Assembly (NCBI GenBank): GCA_003647275.1
Contig: QMMN01000007.1
Coordinates: 6,830-70,829 of the forward strand
Direction: 5' to 3'
DNA length: 64,000 nucleotides
Source of the DNA: Deltaproteobacteria bacterium
GTDB lineage: Bacteria > Desulfobacterota > Desulfobacteria > Desulfobacterales > C00003060
Shown: in pieces, positions 32,377 through 41,600 of the stretch
How the letters are laid out: the number at the start of each line of letters is the position of its first letter
Position numbering within the stretch: position 1 is the stretch's first letter
The notes under the pieces: model-generated
What the model was told of the DNA's origin: nothing
The model's input: only the letters and a program-made list of their open reading frames with translations
The model's database searches: none
Made by a program: the position numbers and the translations under genes

Positions 32377-33470
32377 ATCTTTACCTCCTGACGGTCGGGG
32401 CGTATGAATGCAGTGTCCAGGTACATAGGTTGAAAATCCTTGCTCTTATCCCGATCAGGAATGGCTGCATCTAACCCACACATTTCCGATGAAATCGCAT
32501 AAAGGCCGGGTTTGCCTCCCACCACACCGGGTCGAAGCTTTTTTCGATCTTGCACCAGGAAAAGGGTCTTGTCGGGCAGACAGCCGATCACACAATTCGG
32601 CCCATCAATGATGAGTCTCCGACAGGTATGCTTCAGATGTTTTAGGAAGCGACCGTTGGGGTGGTGATCCAAATCCTCGTCTTGCAAGGGTGTGATCACA
32701 TGCTTGTAAGTCTGGATTCCCAGTCCGAGCCGAGTCAGCGTGAAATGAAGGATATGGGTAAAGACCTCTGAATCGGACTGGTAGCCGACATATCCCGGAA
32801 AGCCGCGAGACATAAGAAATTCCCAAATGGGAACGAAGGCCGTATTTTCTCCATTGGTCATCGTAGCCACCCCCTGTATAAAAAACGGATGGCAGGCGTA
32901 GAGATTGATCGCGTAGTTGGTATTTTGCCGGCCCTGGGCCATAATCACCCTAGCCTGGAGTTCGGGACGATCGAGCTGGAGATATTCTGCGACGGTCAGG
33001 GGATCGCCAATCTCCTTGATCATGATCACATCCGGCCAGAAGCTGAAGACAATCATATCCTCCTTTTCCTCTCCCATGTGTCGAAGCTGAAGCCGGATGA
33101 GCATCAGGCGATGCTGAATCTCGCTTTCGCTCAACTCCTCCCAGGTCTCTGGATATTCATAAGCTCGAATCAGGTAGATATCTCGCTTGAATACCCCTGG
33201 CGGCGGGATTTTGGGAACTTTGATGGCCATTTTATATTTTGTCATAAACCCCACGTCTTTCATGAATTGATCAAGACGTTTCAGCCCCGCATTGGTAAAA
33301 ATCCCCGACAAGATGGGGACACCTTTCAACTCTTGAAAGGGACCTGTTAGATCACTCAAGAAAAGCCCCACACCGGAACCGTCGTGTCCTTCCTGCATCA
33401 CATCTAGGGCACGCATGGCGATCATGGGCGACTGGGGGGTATCACTGCTTACTGCAATCAGACGGCACAT
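32340..33470 (-). CDS. Class-II glutamine amidotransferase subunit of a split (archaeal-type) glutamate synthase
   Basis: Starts MCRLIAV (Ntn Cys at position 2). It is the first gene of the three-gene set and overlaps the next gene by 37 nt. Confidence 0.75.
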   Translation of the reverse strand: MCRLIAVSSDTPQSPMIAMRALDVMQEGHDGSGVGLFLSDLTGPFQELKGVPILSGIFTNAGLKRLDQFMKDVGFMTKYKMAIKVPKIPPPGVFKRDIYLIRAYEYPETWEELSESEIQHRLMLIRLQLRHMGEEKEDMIVFSFWPDVIMIKEIGDPLTVAEYLQLDRPELQARVIMAQGRQNTNYAINLYACHPFFIQGVATMTNGENTAFVPIWEFLMSRGFPGYVGYQSDSEVFTHILHFTLTRLGLGIQTYKHVITPLQDEDLDHHPNGRFLKHLKHTCRRLIIDGPNCVIGCLPDKTLFLVQDRKKLRPGVVGGKPGLYAISSEMCGLDAAIPDRDKSKDFQPMYLDTAFIRPDRQEVKICRQTEELPLPH

Positions 33471-33531
33471 CTTGTTCCTCTCTCCTTCTTTTGCCAGGAC
33501 ATCTCGCCCTCATTATCTTAGGGCATTTGCG

Positions 33532-33546
33532 GCAAGACTTATGCCA
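33532..33546 (-). promoter_or_regulatory. Sigma-54 (-24/-12) promoter of the glutamate synthase operon
   Basis: The minus strand reads TGGCATAAGTCTTGC (GG-N10-GC spacing, TGGCAT...TTGC). It lies about 62 nt upstream of the ATG at 33470, and a GGAGAGAGG RBS follows. Confidence 0.6.
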
Positions 33547-33757
33547 ATTGAATATATACTACAATGTCAGTATGTTGCTCAACAGAAACCGTTTGCGCAC
33601 CTTGAAAAATAAACGCTTTTGTAGGATTTTTTATGGATAAACAACATTTTTGTATACTAACAGTCCGTCAAAGCTGAATGATGATTATAGAAAGCCATCG
33701 TGGGCTGCAACAGAACCCAATCTATAAGAAAGTGGCCGATGAATGAAAACACGGGGG

Positions 33758-35404
33758 TCACTCGAATGAGGGTAGGTACCTTTGGGCGATGGGATACCTT
33801 CTTCCATAGCCGAAAGATTTTGTGGTGACCTTCAATCCCGGGGGGGCCTGATGTCGCTTGTATTCGTTGCGATCAACCCGGCAGATGGTTTCCCTCACAG
33901 TTTGAGGGTCAAACCCCATGGCAACGATCTCCTCTGCCCCCTTATTGTCTTCAATGTATGCCTTCAATATCCCATCCAGGATCTCGTAAGGCGGCAAATC
34001 GTCCTGGTCTACCTGATCGGGTTTGAGCTCGGCCGATGGGGGTTTTTCAAAAATCCTCGCAGGAATCACCTCTTCTTTCTTGTTGACAAAACGGGCAAGC
34101 TCATAAACCATTGTCTTTGGAACGTCCGAAATCATGGCTAAACCGCCGCTCATATCACCGTAAAGCGTGCAATAGCCCACAGCCAGTTCTGATTTGTTCC
34201 CTGTAGAAAGCAGGAGGCAACCCAACTTGTTGGAAAGCGCCATGAGCAGGGTGCCCCGAATGCGTGCCTGGATATTTTGTCCTGTAATTTCCGTGGCAAT
34301 GTCTTTGAAGACCAAAGACAATTCCTCAAGAAACTTCTCGAATATGCCTGCAATGGGCAGTTGAATAAGCTGAATACCCAAATTGGATGCAAGGGCTTTG
34401 GTATCTTCAAAGTTTTCCGTAGACGTATATTGAGAAGGCATGAAAACACCCTTGACATTTTCCCTTCCAAGGGCCTGTACGGCGATGGCGGCCGTAAGGG
34501 CTGAGTCAATGCCGCCGCTCAATCCTACCACGACCTTGTCAAACCCACACTTTCGGACATAATCCCTGGTCCCCATAATCAGCGCATTGCACATAGATTC
34601 CGTGTCGGTTTCAGCAATGGGGTGCAGGTCTCCCTTTTGGGTTTGGGTATCAAAGACGATCATATCCTCTTCAAAGTCACGCGCCCGGGCCGTCATCTGA
34701 CCTGTTGAATCAAAGGCCACGCTAAGCCCATCGAATAGAACACTGTCATTTCCACCCACCTGATTGACGTACACGAGAGGAACCTGATATTTTTTGGCAA
34801 TATTGCCGAGCATGTCCCACTTAAATGCTCTTTTTCCGACATAATAAGGAGAAGCCGAAATGTTGATGATGAGATTGGCGCCATTCTTGATGATACGGGC
34901 TACGGGGTCAACAGAGTAAAGCCGCCTGGGGAAAAAATCCTTGTCATTCCAGATATCCTCACAAATGGTCAGCCCTATTTCCCAACCCTTATAAAAAAAA
35001 GAGCTGTATTCGGTGCCGGGTTCAAAATACCGCCTCTCGTCAAAAACGTCATAAACAGGGAGCAATCTCTTGTGTACTTGATGGAGAATCCTGCCTTCAT
35101 CAAAAAGTGCTGCCGAGCTGTAAAGCGGGTTGCCCTCCTGCTTCTGATTTTTATCTACAAATCCACAGATAACGCCGATCCCTTTGACGGAATCAACCAG
35201 CCTGTAAAAATGATCCAGGTTGGCGGTCACAAAGGCTTGCTTTTCCAGGAGGTCCCGGGGTGGATAGCCACAGATGACCAGTTCGGAAAACACGATAAGG
35301 TCACACGCAAGGTCTTTGGCCTTTTCTATGTAGGCCATGATCTTATCCATGTTGTGTTTGAAATCGCCGATCGTGGGATTGATTTGCGCAAGAGCGATCT
35401 TCAT
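33758..35404 (-). CDS. nadE: Glutamine-dependent NAD+ synthetase (nitrilase-like glutaminase plus synthetase domains)
   Basis: MKIALAQINPTIGDF CN-hydrolase N-terminus and the PP-loop GLSGGIDSAL. 548 aa. Confidence 0.9.
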   Translation of the reverse strand: MKIALAQINPTIGDFKHNMDKIMAYIEKAKDLACDLIVFSELVICGYPPRDLLEKQAFVTANLDHFYRLVDSVKGIGVICGFVDKNQKQEGNPLYSSAALFDEGRILHQVHKRLLPVYDVFDERRYFEPGTEYSSFFYKGWEIGLTICEDIWNDKDFFPRRLYSVDPVARIIKNGANLIINISASPYYVGKRAFKWDMLGNIAKKYQVPLVYVNQVGGNDSVLFDGLSVAFDSTGQMTARARDFEEDMIVFDTQTQKGDLHPIAETDTESMCNALIMGTRDYVRKCGFDKVVVGLSGGIDSALTAAIAVQALGRENVKGVFMPSQYTSTENFEDTKALASNLGIQLIQLPIAGIFEKFLEELSLVFKDIATEITGQNIQARIRGTLLMALSNKLGCLLLSTGNKSELAVGYCTLYGDMSGGLAMISDVPKTMVYELARFVNKKEEVIPARIFEKPPSAELKPDQVDQDDLPPYEILDGILKAYIEDNKGAEEIVAMGFDPQTVRETICRVDRNEYKRHQAPPGLKVTTKSFGYGRRYPIAQRYLPSFE

Positions 35405-35905
35405 AACCGTCTCGTAAATCTTGCAACTTGCTGAAGTAATTTTGCCCTATTGCTTATTGTATCACAAAATGATGCTGGATGCTCGATGTCCCGGATCCAC
35501 CGAGATTATTCCGGTAAAAGTCGGAATAGATTAAAATACAAACTGAATATATGTAGCCAGTATCAAGCATCCAGGCCGCCGCATCCATCTCGTGGATATC
35601 TTCCGCCACCGACTCAGGAAGCGGGTTATTCTCTTCGACGCTTCTTCGTGTCGTCGATTTCTTCTTGTCCGTAAAGCAAGAATCGATCTGTAAGAACATA
35701 TGAAGGGAGAGCCGAACCGCGCCTCTTCCTTTATCTGGGGAATGCCCTGTTTGGGGGCCACGTTATCATGAAGCCCTATAACTATAGGAGGCTCTTGCCT
35801 GTACGGGAATTTCTAATTTCATGCATTTTCCCTCAACCCCGCAGATAAGCAGGGCTAATCAGTGGCAAGTCGGTCAGGGAAAATCAGCGATTAAGCATAC
35901 TCACC

Positions 35906-35932
35906 ATTATACTATGGTAGAATGTTTGTCAA
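35906..35932 (-). promoter_or_regulatory. Candidate sigma-70 promoter (TTGACA-N15-TATAAT) firing towards nadE
   Basis: Both hexamers are perfect consensus on the minus strand, but the spacer is only 15 nt. It sits about 500 nt upstream of nadE. Confidence 0.3.
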
Positions 35933-36362
35933 TTTTCACACCTTCTGAGCGACAACACCCTTTCGCCATCCAGATCCTGAAGCCGACCCGTAAATCCCGC
36001 TCAACCAAGACAATGGTCGTGCCAATCCAAGATGACGACAGGTTGTTGCCCAAACAGCCATGCACCCGGCATGAGGAGGGCCATCAAGGGTGATTTCTTT
36101 TTGAAGTCAGGTCACTGGGAATAAGTCTCCTTATTACCTTTGGCTATTCGCTAAATGAAAAAACTTTTTTCGACATACCGGTTTATCCCATTTACAATGG
36201 GCGCCTGAGGTTGTAAACTGCATTTATATGTGCCCTTCAGGGCCAGCGGCTGGTTCGAGTGACGCGATGCATTCTGCCCCTGACAAGCAGAATAAGATTT
36301 GATCTTCCTCAAAAAGAGATGCCCCTTGGCAGTTTGCAAACGCCAAAAGAGGGGGCTGGGAC

Positions 36363-36415
36363 TTGAACATGCACAGCAAACGCATTCCCCACAGCTTGCT
36401 GCAGACCGCTTCAAT
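36363..36415 (+). repeat. 53-nt interspersed repeat, copy 1 of 3
   Basis: TTGAACATGCACAGCAAACGCATTCCCCACAGCTTGCTGCAGACCGCTTCAAT aligns along its full length with 44431-44483 and with the reverse complement of 38506-38558. Confidence 0.7.
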
Positions 36416-36725
36416 TATCGTGATTTAGGCAACCGCCTGACAACGGGCTGTTGCCCAGATAAAAATTCCTTTGAGCGGTCATTAAAATGTTTTTTGTCAA
36501 CAAATCTTGGCGAAGCGGAAGATCAGCGACTTCAACTGTTTGAGTCCGAAGGGCGAGTTTTGAAGTCGCCTGGAGCAAGCCTTAGATTTGTCAAAAAACG
36601 TTTTAGACCAAGCGAGAAGGGATTTGGGCAACAGTCTGACAATACCTGACCTATGGCCACAGCTGGCAAGAATTGTTGGGAAGAACTACCATTTTGTATG
36701 ATTGGCCGATAGAATCCTGCAAAAT

Positions 36726-36741
36726 TGTGTGTTTGGAGACA
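36726..36741 (+). promoter_or_regulatory. TGT-N10-ACA motif (NifA-type UAS consensus) upstream of the glnA promoter
   Basis: TGTGTGTTTGGAGACA lies about 80-95 nt upstream of the -24 element and is followed by a tandem GGAGACAATA x2. The motif has low information content, so a chance match is plausible. Confidence 0.3.
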
Positions 36742-36820
36742 ATAGGAGACAATAATTGATATCCGGAGGTAATCTGTAACTTGTTGATCTATAAGGCATT
36801 CTTTAACCGATCTTTCGACA

Positions 36821-36835
36821 TGGCATGACATTTGC
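36821..36835 (+). promoter_or_regulatory. Sigma-54 (-24/-12) promoter of glnA
   Basis: TGGCATGACATTTGC with correct GG-N10-GC spacing, 60 nt upstream of the glnA ATG (36895). Confidence 0.65.
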
Positions 36836-36894
36836 CCTTTAGGAAGGGCCAAAATTTAATCCAAAAACAACCAGATCAAGGAGGAAATGGACAG

Positions 36895-38319
36895 ATGAGC
36901 AAACCAAAAACCCCTGTGGAAGTATTAGATCTCATTGCAAAAGAAAAGATTGAAGTTATAGATTTGCGATTCATGGACTTTCCGGGACTCTGGCAGCATT
37001 TTTCTGTTCCGGCCAGAGAACTTGATGAAGCTGCCTTTGAGAGCGGCGTTGGTTTTGATGGGTCCAGTATCCGGGGATGGCAGGCGATCAACGAATCCGA
37101 CATGCTTGTGAAGCCCGTGGCAGAGTCTGCTTTTATTGACCCGTTTTTTACTGCAAATACCCTTGTCCTGATCTGCAACATCTGTGATCCGGTCACCGGC
37201 GAAGACTATACGCGGGATCCCCGGAACATCGCGCGCAAGGCAGCAAACTATCTGAAGAGTTCGGGCATCGCTGATGTAGGGTATTTCGGTCCTGAGGCCG
37301 AGTTCTTCATCTTTGATGACATTCGGTTTGATCAAAACGAACATGAAGGGTATTACCATATCGATTCCGCGGAGGGTCGATGGAATACGGGCCGCGTTGA
37401 AAACCCCAACTTAGGCTACAAACCCCGTTATAAAGAGGGGTACTTCCCGGTTCCGCCCACAGACAGCCTGCAAGACATCCGCAGCGAGATGATGTTGACA
37501 TTGGAGAAAATCGGGGTTCTTATCGAAGCACAGCATCACGAAGTGGCCACAGGCGGACAGGCCGAAATCGACATGCGCTTTGCACCATTGGTGGAGATGG
37601 CGGATAACGTATTGAAGTACAAGTATGTTATTAAGAATACCGCCCGTAAATATAATAAGACCGTAACATTTATGCCAAAGCCGCTATTCAATGACAATGG
37701 TACGGGCATGCATACCCACATATCATTGTGGAAGGGAGATCAGAATCTATTCGCTGGCGATGGCTATGCAGGTTTGTCCGAAATGGCACTATATGCTATC
37801 GGGGGCATTTTGAAGCATACGCCGTCCCTGCTGGCCTTCACGAGCCCCACCACGAACAGCTATAAGCGTCTGGTGCCGGGTTTCGAAGCTCCGGTGAACC
37901 TGGCCTATTCCAGCCGAAACCGCAGTGCAGCGGTTCGTATTCCCATGTACTCTCCTTCTGCTAAGGCTAAGCGCATTGAGTTCCGCTGTCCAGACCCGAG
38001 TTGCAATCCTTATCTGGCCTTCTCGGCCCTATTAATGGCAGTGATCGATGGCATTCAGAACAAGATCGATCCCGGGGAGCCGCTGGACAAGGATATTTAC
38101 GATCTGCCTCCAGAAGAACTGGCAAAGGTTCCCCATACGCCGGGCTCTCTTCGCGAGGCTCTTGAGGCCCTCGATGCAGATCACGATTACCTGCTAAAAG
38201 GAGATGTCTTCACATCGGACGTGATCGAAACGTGGATCTCGTACAAGATGGAGTGCGAGGTGCAGGCCATTGACCTTCGTCCCCATCCATGGGAATTCGC
38301 CCTGTACTACGATATCTAG
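36895..38319 (+). CDS. glnA: Glutamine synthetase type I, with the adenylylation-site motif
   Basis: 474 aa from ATG 36895 (GGAGG RBS 10 nt upstream). Family blocks are [16 protein letters not shown] and [13 protein letters not shown]. The adenylylation loop [10 protein letters not shown] is present. Confidence 0.95.
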   Translation: MSKPKTPVEVLDLIAKEKIEVIDLRFMDFPGLWQHFSVPARELDEAAFESGVGFDGSSIRGWQAINESDMLVKPVAESAFIDPFFTANTLVLICNICDPVTGEDYTRDPRNIARKAANYLKSSGIADVGYFGPEAEFFIFDDIRFDQNEHEGYYHIDSAEGRWNTGRVENPNLGYKPRYKEGYFPVPPTDSLQDIRSEMMLTLEKIGVLIEAQHHEVATGGQAEIDMRFAPLVEMADNVLKYKYVIKNTARKYNKTVTFMPKPLFNDNGTGMHTHISLWKGDQNLFAGDGYAGLSEMALYAIGGILKHTPSLLAFTSPTTNSYKRLVPGFEAPVNLAYSSRNRSAAVRIPMYSPSAKAKRIEFRCPDPSCNPYLAFSALLMAVIDGIQNKIDPGEPLDKDIYDLPPEELAKVPHTPGSLREALEALDADHDYLLKGDVFTSDVIETWISYKMECEVQAIDLRPHPWEFALYYDI

Positions 38320-38360
38320 GCTTTTTAAGACCTTTTGTTTACTCTCAACAGATGCCCTGG

Positions 38361-38384
38361 AAAAAGGGCGTCCCTTTTTGTTTT
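38361..38384 (+). terminator. Weak intrinsic terminator candidate after glnA
   Basis: AAAAAGGG-cgt-CCCTTTTT hairpin followed by GTTTT. The stem is A/T-rich with only three GC pairs. Confidence 0.35.
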
Positions 38385-38505
38385 CTTCATCCCTAAAGAT
38401 CATCAAAAATATATGGTAGCCCCACCTCATAAATACAATAAATACAAATAAGGTTTGCGGCTTTTTCCCCGGCATTGTAAAATGGCGGGAAAGTACGATC
38501 TCTTT

Positions 38506-38558
38506 ATTGAAGCTCCCTGGAGTAAGCTTCGGGGAATGCGCTCACGGTGCATTTTCAA
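38506..38558 (-). repeat. 53-nt interspersed repeat, copy 2 of 3 (inverted)
   Basis: The reverse complement TTGAAAATGCACCGTGAGCGCATTCCCCGAAGCTTACTCCAGGGAGCTTCAAT aligns with the other two copies. Confidence 0.7.
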
Positions 38559-38669
38559 CTCATATGATGCCCCGGTGCACCGCTAACCAATGTACCTCCG
38601 TGGAGCAGGCCCTGATCATTGGGGGCACATAAACGGCCAGGCCAGTACAGCCAAGGGATAAACCGCCTT

Positions 38670-41600
38670 ATGAAGCCCACGCTTGATATGCTTAAGGCCG
38701 CATGTCCAGAAGTCGATCAAAGGCTTTTGAATGCCCACCTTTCCCGGCTAAGCAACCGATATTTTGACAGGTTCGCTACGCACCAGGTTTGCGAACATAT
38801 GAAAGGACTTTCACGGATCTCAACCGAACATCCCGTGGAAGTGCTGCTGGATGCAAAAGGCGATGGGAATGTGAATTGTACGGTGCTGGCCTTTGATTAC
38901 CCTTACCTGTTTTCTCTGATCACCGGCGTGTTGGCAGGCATGGGCTTCAATATTGTGTCTGGCGATGTGTTTACATACGAACGGGCCCTCGACAAACCGC
39001 TGATAGATGTCTGCCGAAGAAAACTTACTTCCCGCAGGACAGTACAAGATCCTCTGAAAAGACGGCGTATCATAGACTTTTTTTCCGGTCAGCTGGAAAC
39101 ATCTCGCGCACCTGAAACCTGGTCGGATGATCTCAAAAAAAATATGGAAGATGTCATTTCCCTTTTGGAGCGCGGTGATAGCGAATCAGTGACTGATGCA
39201 AAACATCGAGTGAACGAAATGGTCGTCAAACGGCTGGCCGATCTGCATATGGATTCGCATCCGGTCCTGTTTCCGGTGCAAATAGAATTCGATAATGAGA
39301 GCGGTCCGTACACACGGTTGAAGATCGTGTCCGAAGATACGCCGGCCTTTCTTTACACCCTGACCAATGCCCTCTCCCTCCAAGGAATTTCGATTGAGCA
39401 CGTCAGCATACGCACCATTCACGGACGAGTTGAAGATGAAATAGAGGTTGTTGATGTTCGTGGCAAAAAGATTGAGGATCCCAATGTCTTAAGTCGCGTC
39501 AAGCTTTCGGTTCTTCTTACGAAACAGTTCACTTATTTCCTCGGGAAGGCGCCCGATCCTTATGTCGCCCTGCACCGTTTTGAACAGCTTGTCGGAGACG
39601 TCTTGCGACTGCCCGAGCGAGGCCAATGGATGGACTTGCTCTCCAACCCGCACGCCCTGCAGGATCTGGCACGGTTGCTCGGGACAAGTGATTTTTTGTG
39701 GGAAGATTTTATCCGTCTCCAGTACGAGACACTCCTGCCAATGCTTAAGCCCTTTTTGGAGGGGCACCGGTTCAGCGAGCCCGTAGACCAGCTCTCCCAA
39801 AGGCTCCGAAACGCCATAAAAGGGATCAACAAGCTGGAAGAGCAACGACGAAGGCTCAATGAATTCAAGGACCGGGAGATCTTTCTTATTGACCTGGATC
39901 ATATCCTGAATCCTGAAACGGATTTCAGGGTGCTCGCTAGAAGACTGACGGTCCTGGCGGAAAATGTTGTGAACATGGCGGCAGAACTCGCTTACGCACA
40001 CCTGGTCAAACGATTTGGAAGGCCTAGAACAGCGGCCGACCTTGAGGCCACTTTTGCCATTTTGGGGTTGGGTAAAATGGGGGGAGCCGCATTAGGCTAT
40101 GCTTCTGATATTGAACTCCTTTTTGTTTACAGCGATAACGGTTCGACGGACGGTGAAGAATCTATTGAAAATGCCGAGTTTTTTGACCGCCTGGTAAGAA
40201 ATACAACGCAATTCATACAAGCCAAGAGAGAAGGCATATTTAATGTTGATCTCAGGCTTCGCCCTTATGGAAACAATGGTCCATTGGCCTGCAGCCTGGA
40301 GAATTTTTGCCGATATTACGGACCAGAAGGATCAGCTCATTCCTATGAGCGTCTTGCTCTCGTGCGTCTGCGTGCCATAGGGGGCGATAAGAATTTGGCC
40401 GCTCGGGTGGAAAGAATTCGGGATCAAATGATTTATGCCTCTAGAAACATCAACCTCAAGGAACTGCGTGAACTGAGAAACAAGCAATTTAAGGAGAAAA
40501 CAGAAGCTGGCAAGCTTAATGCCAAGTTTAGCCCTGGCGGACTCGTGGACCTCGAATATGCCGTACAGGTTCTTCAGGTCATGTATGGCAAGGATGTGCC
40601 TCAGCTTAGGACACCTCGCATACACGAGGCCCTGACTGCCTTGACCGTTGCAGGCGTTTTATCACCAGTTGAAACAGAACAACTCACGGCTGCTTACGGT
40701 TTTCTTCGCCGCCTGATTAACGGTATGCGCATGCTCCGGGGTTCAGCAAAGGATCTTTTTCTTCCCCCCATTGATTCGGATGAATTTGCTCACCTTGCCA
40801 GGCGCATGGAATACAAAGGAGGAGGCGCACTGGATCCCACGGGGCAACTCCACATGGATGTCGAAACCCACATGGCTACCGTGCGGGCCTTTGTTGAGCG
40901 GCATTTTGGGCGCGATTCATTACCGGGGTCTGCAACCGGCACCGTAGCCGACCTGGTCCTATCCGATCGTGTGCCCCATGACCTCCGGCATCAGATTCTG
41001 TCTGGTGCTGGCTTCAAAAATCCTGCACGAGCCTATGTGAACCTCCGGGCTTTGGCAGGAGACGAATCACGCCGGCAGACATTTGCCAGGCTCGCCCTGC
41101 TGGCCTTTGACATTCTTTTGAGAACTCCAGACCCCGATATGGCCCTTAACAACTGGGAGCGGTACATCCGCGCCCTGCCGAGCCCTGAATTCCACTATAA
41201 CATACTTCTTTCTCAGCCCATGCGGCTCGAAATCCTGTTGAGCGTTTTATCTGGAAGCCAGTTTCTGGCCGATACCTTGGTGAGAAACCCGGGATTTTTG
41301 GACTGGGTCACCATCCCGAAGAACTTACACCAAATCCAAGGCAGAAAGAATCTTGAGGATGAATTAAGAATGGCTTCTGAGGGCTGCAACAGCCATAAGG
41401 TATGGCTTAATAAGCTCCGTCGATTCAGAAGACGAGAGATGCTTCGGATCGGTACACGCGATATATACCTCGGGGTGTCAACCGAGGATGTCATGCTGGA
41501 ACTCTCTACTCTTGCTGAAGCCCTTACCCAGGTAGTCCTTGAGAGGGTCTGGGCAACGCTCAAGGAGGAGCAGGAGACCGCGCAGGAGGTGGAAGCGATA

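Noticed and set aside
36340-36420. tRNA-like T-arm string (GTTCAAGTCCC on the minus strand)
   Set aside because: No complementary acceptor stem, D-arm or anticodon arm can be drawn around it. The string is part of, or next to, the 53-nt repeat.
36735-36754. Tandem GGAGACAATA x2 checked as a possible CRISPR or tandem-repeat array
   Set aside because: There are only two 10-nt units with no spacers. No CRISPR-like array occurs anywhere in the window.
36832-36894. Longer glnA ORF start (21 extra codons)
   Set aside because: The extension would begin inside the sigma-54 promoter. ATG 36895 has a GGAGG RBS and gives the conserved GlnA N-terminus.
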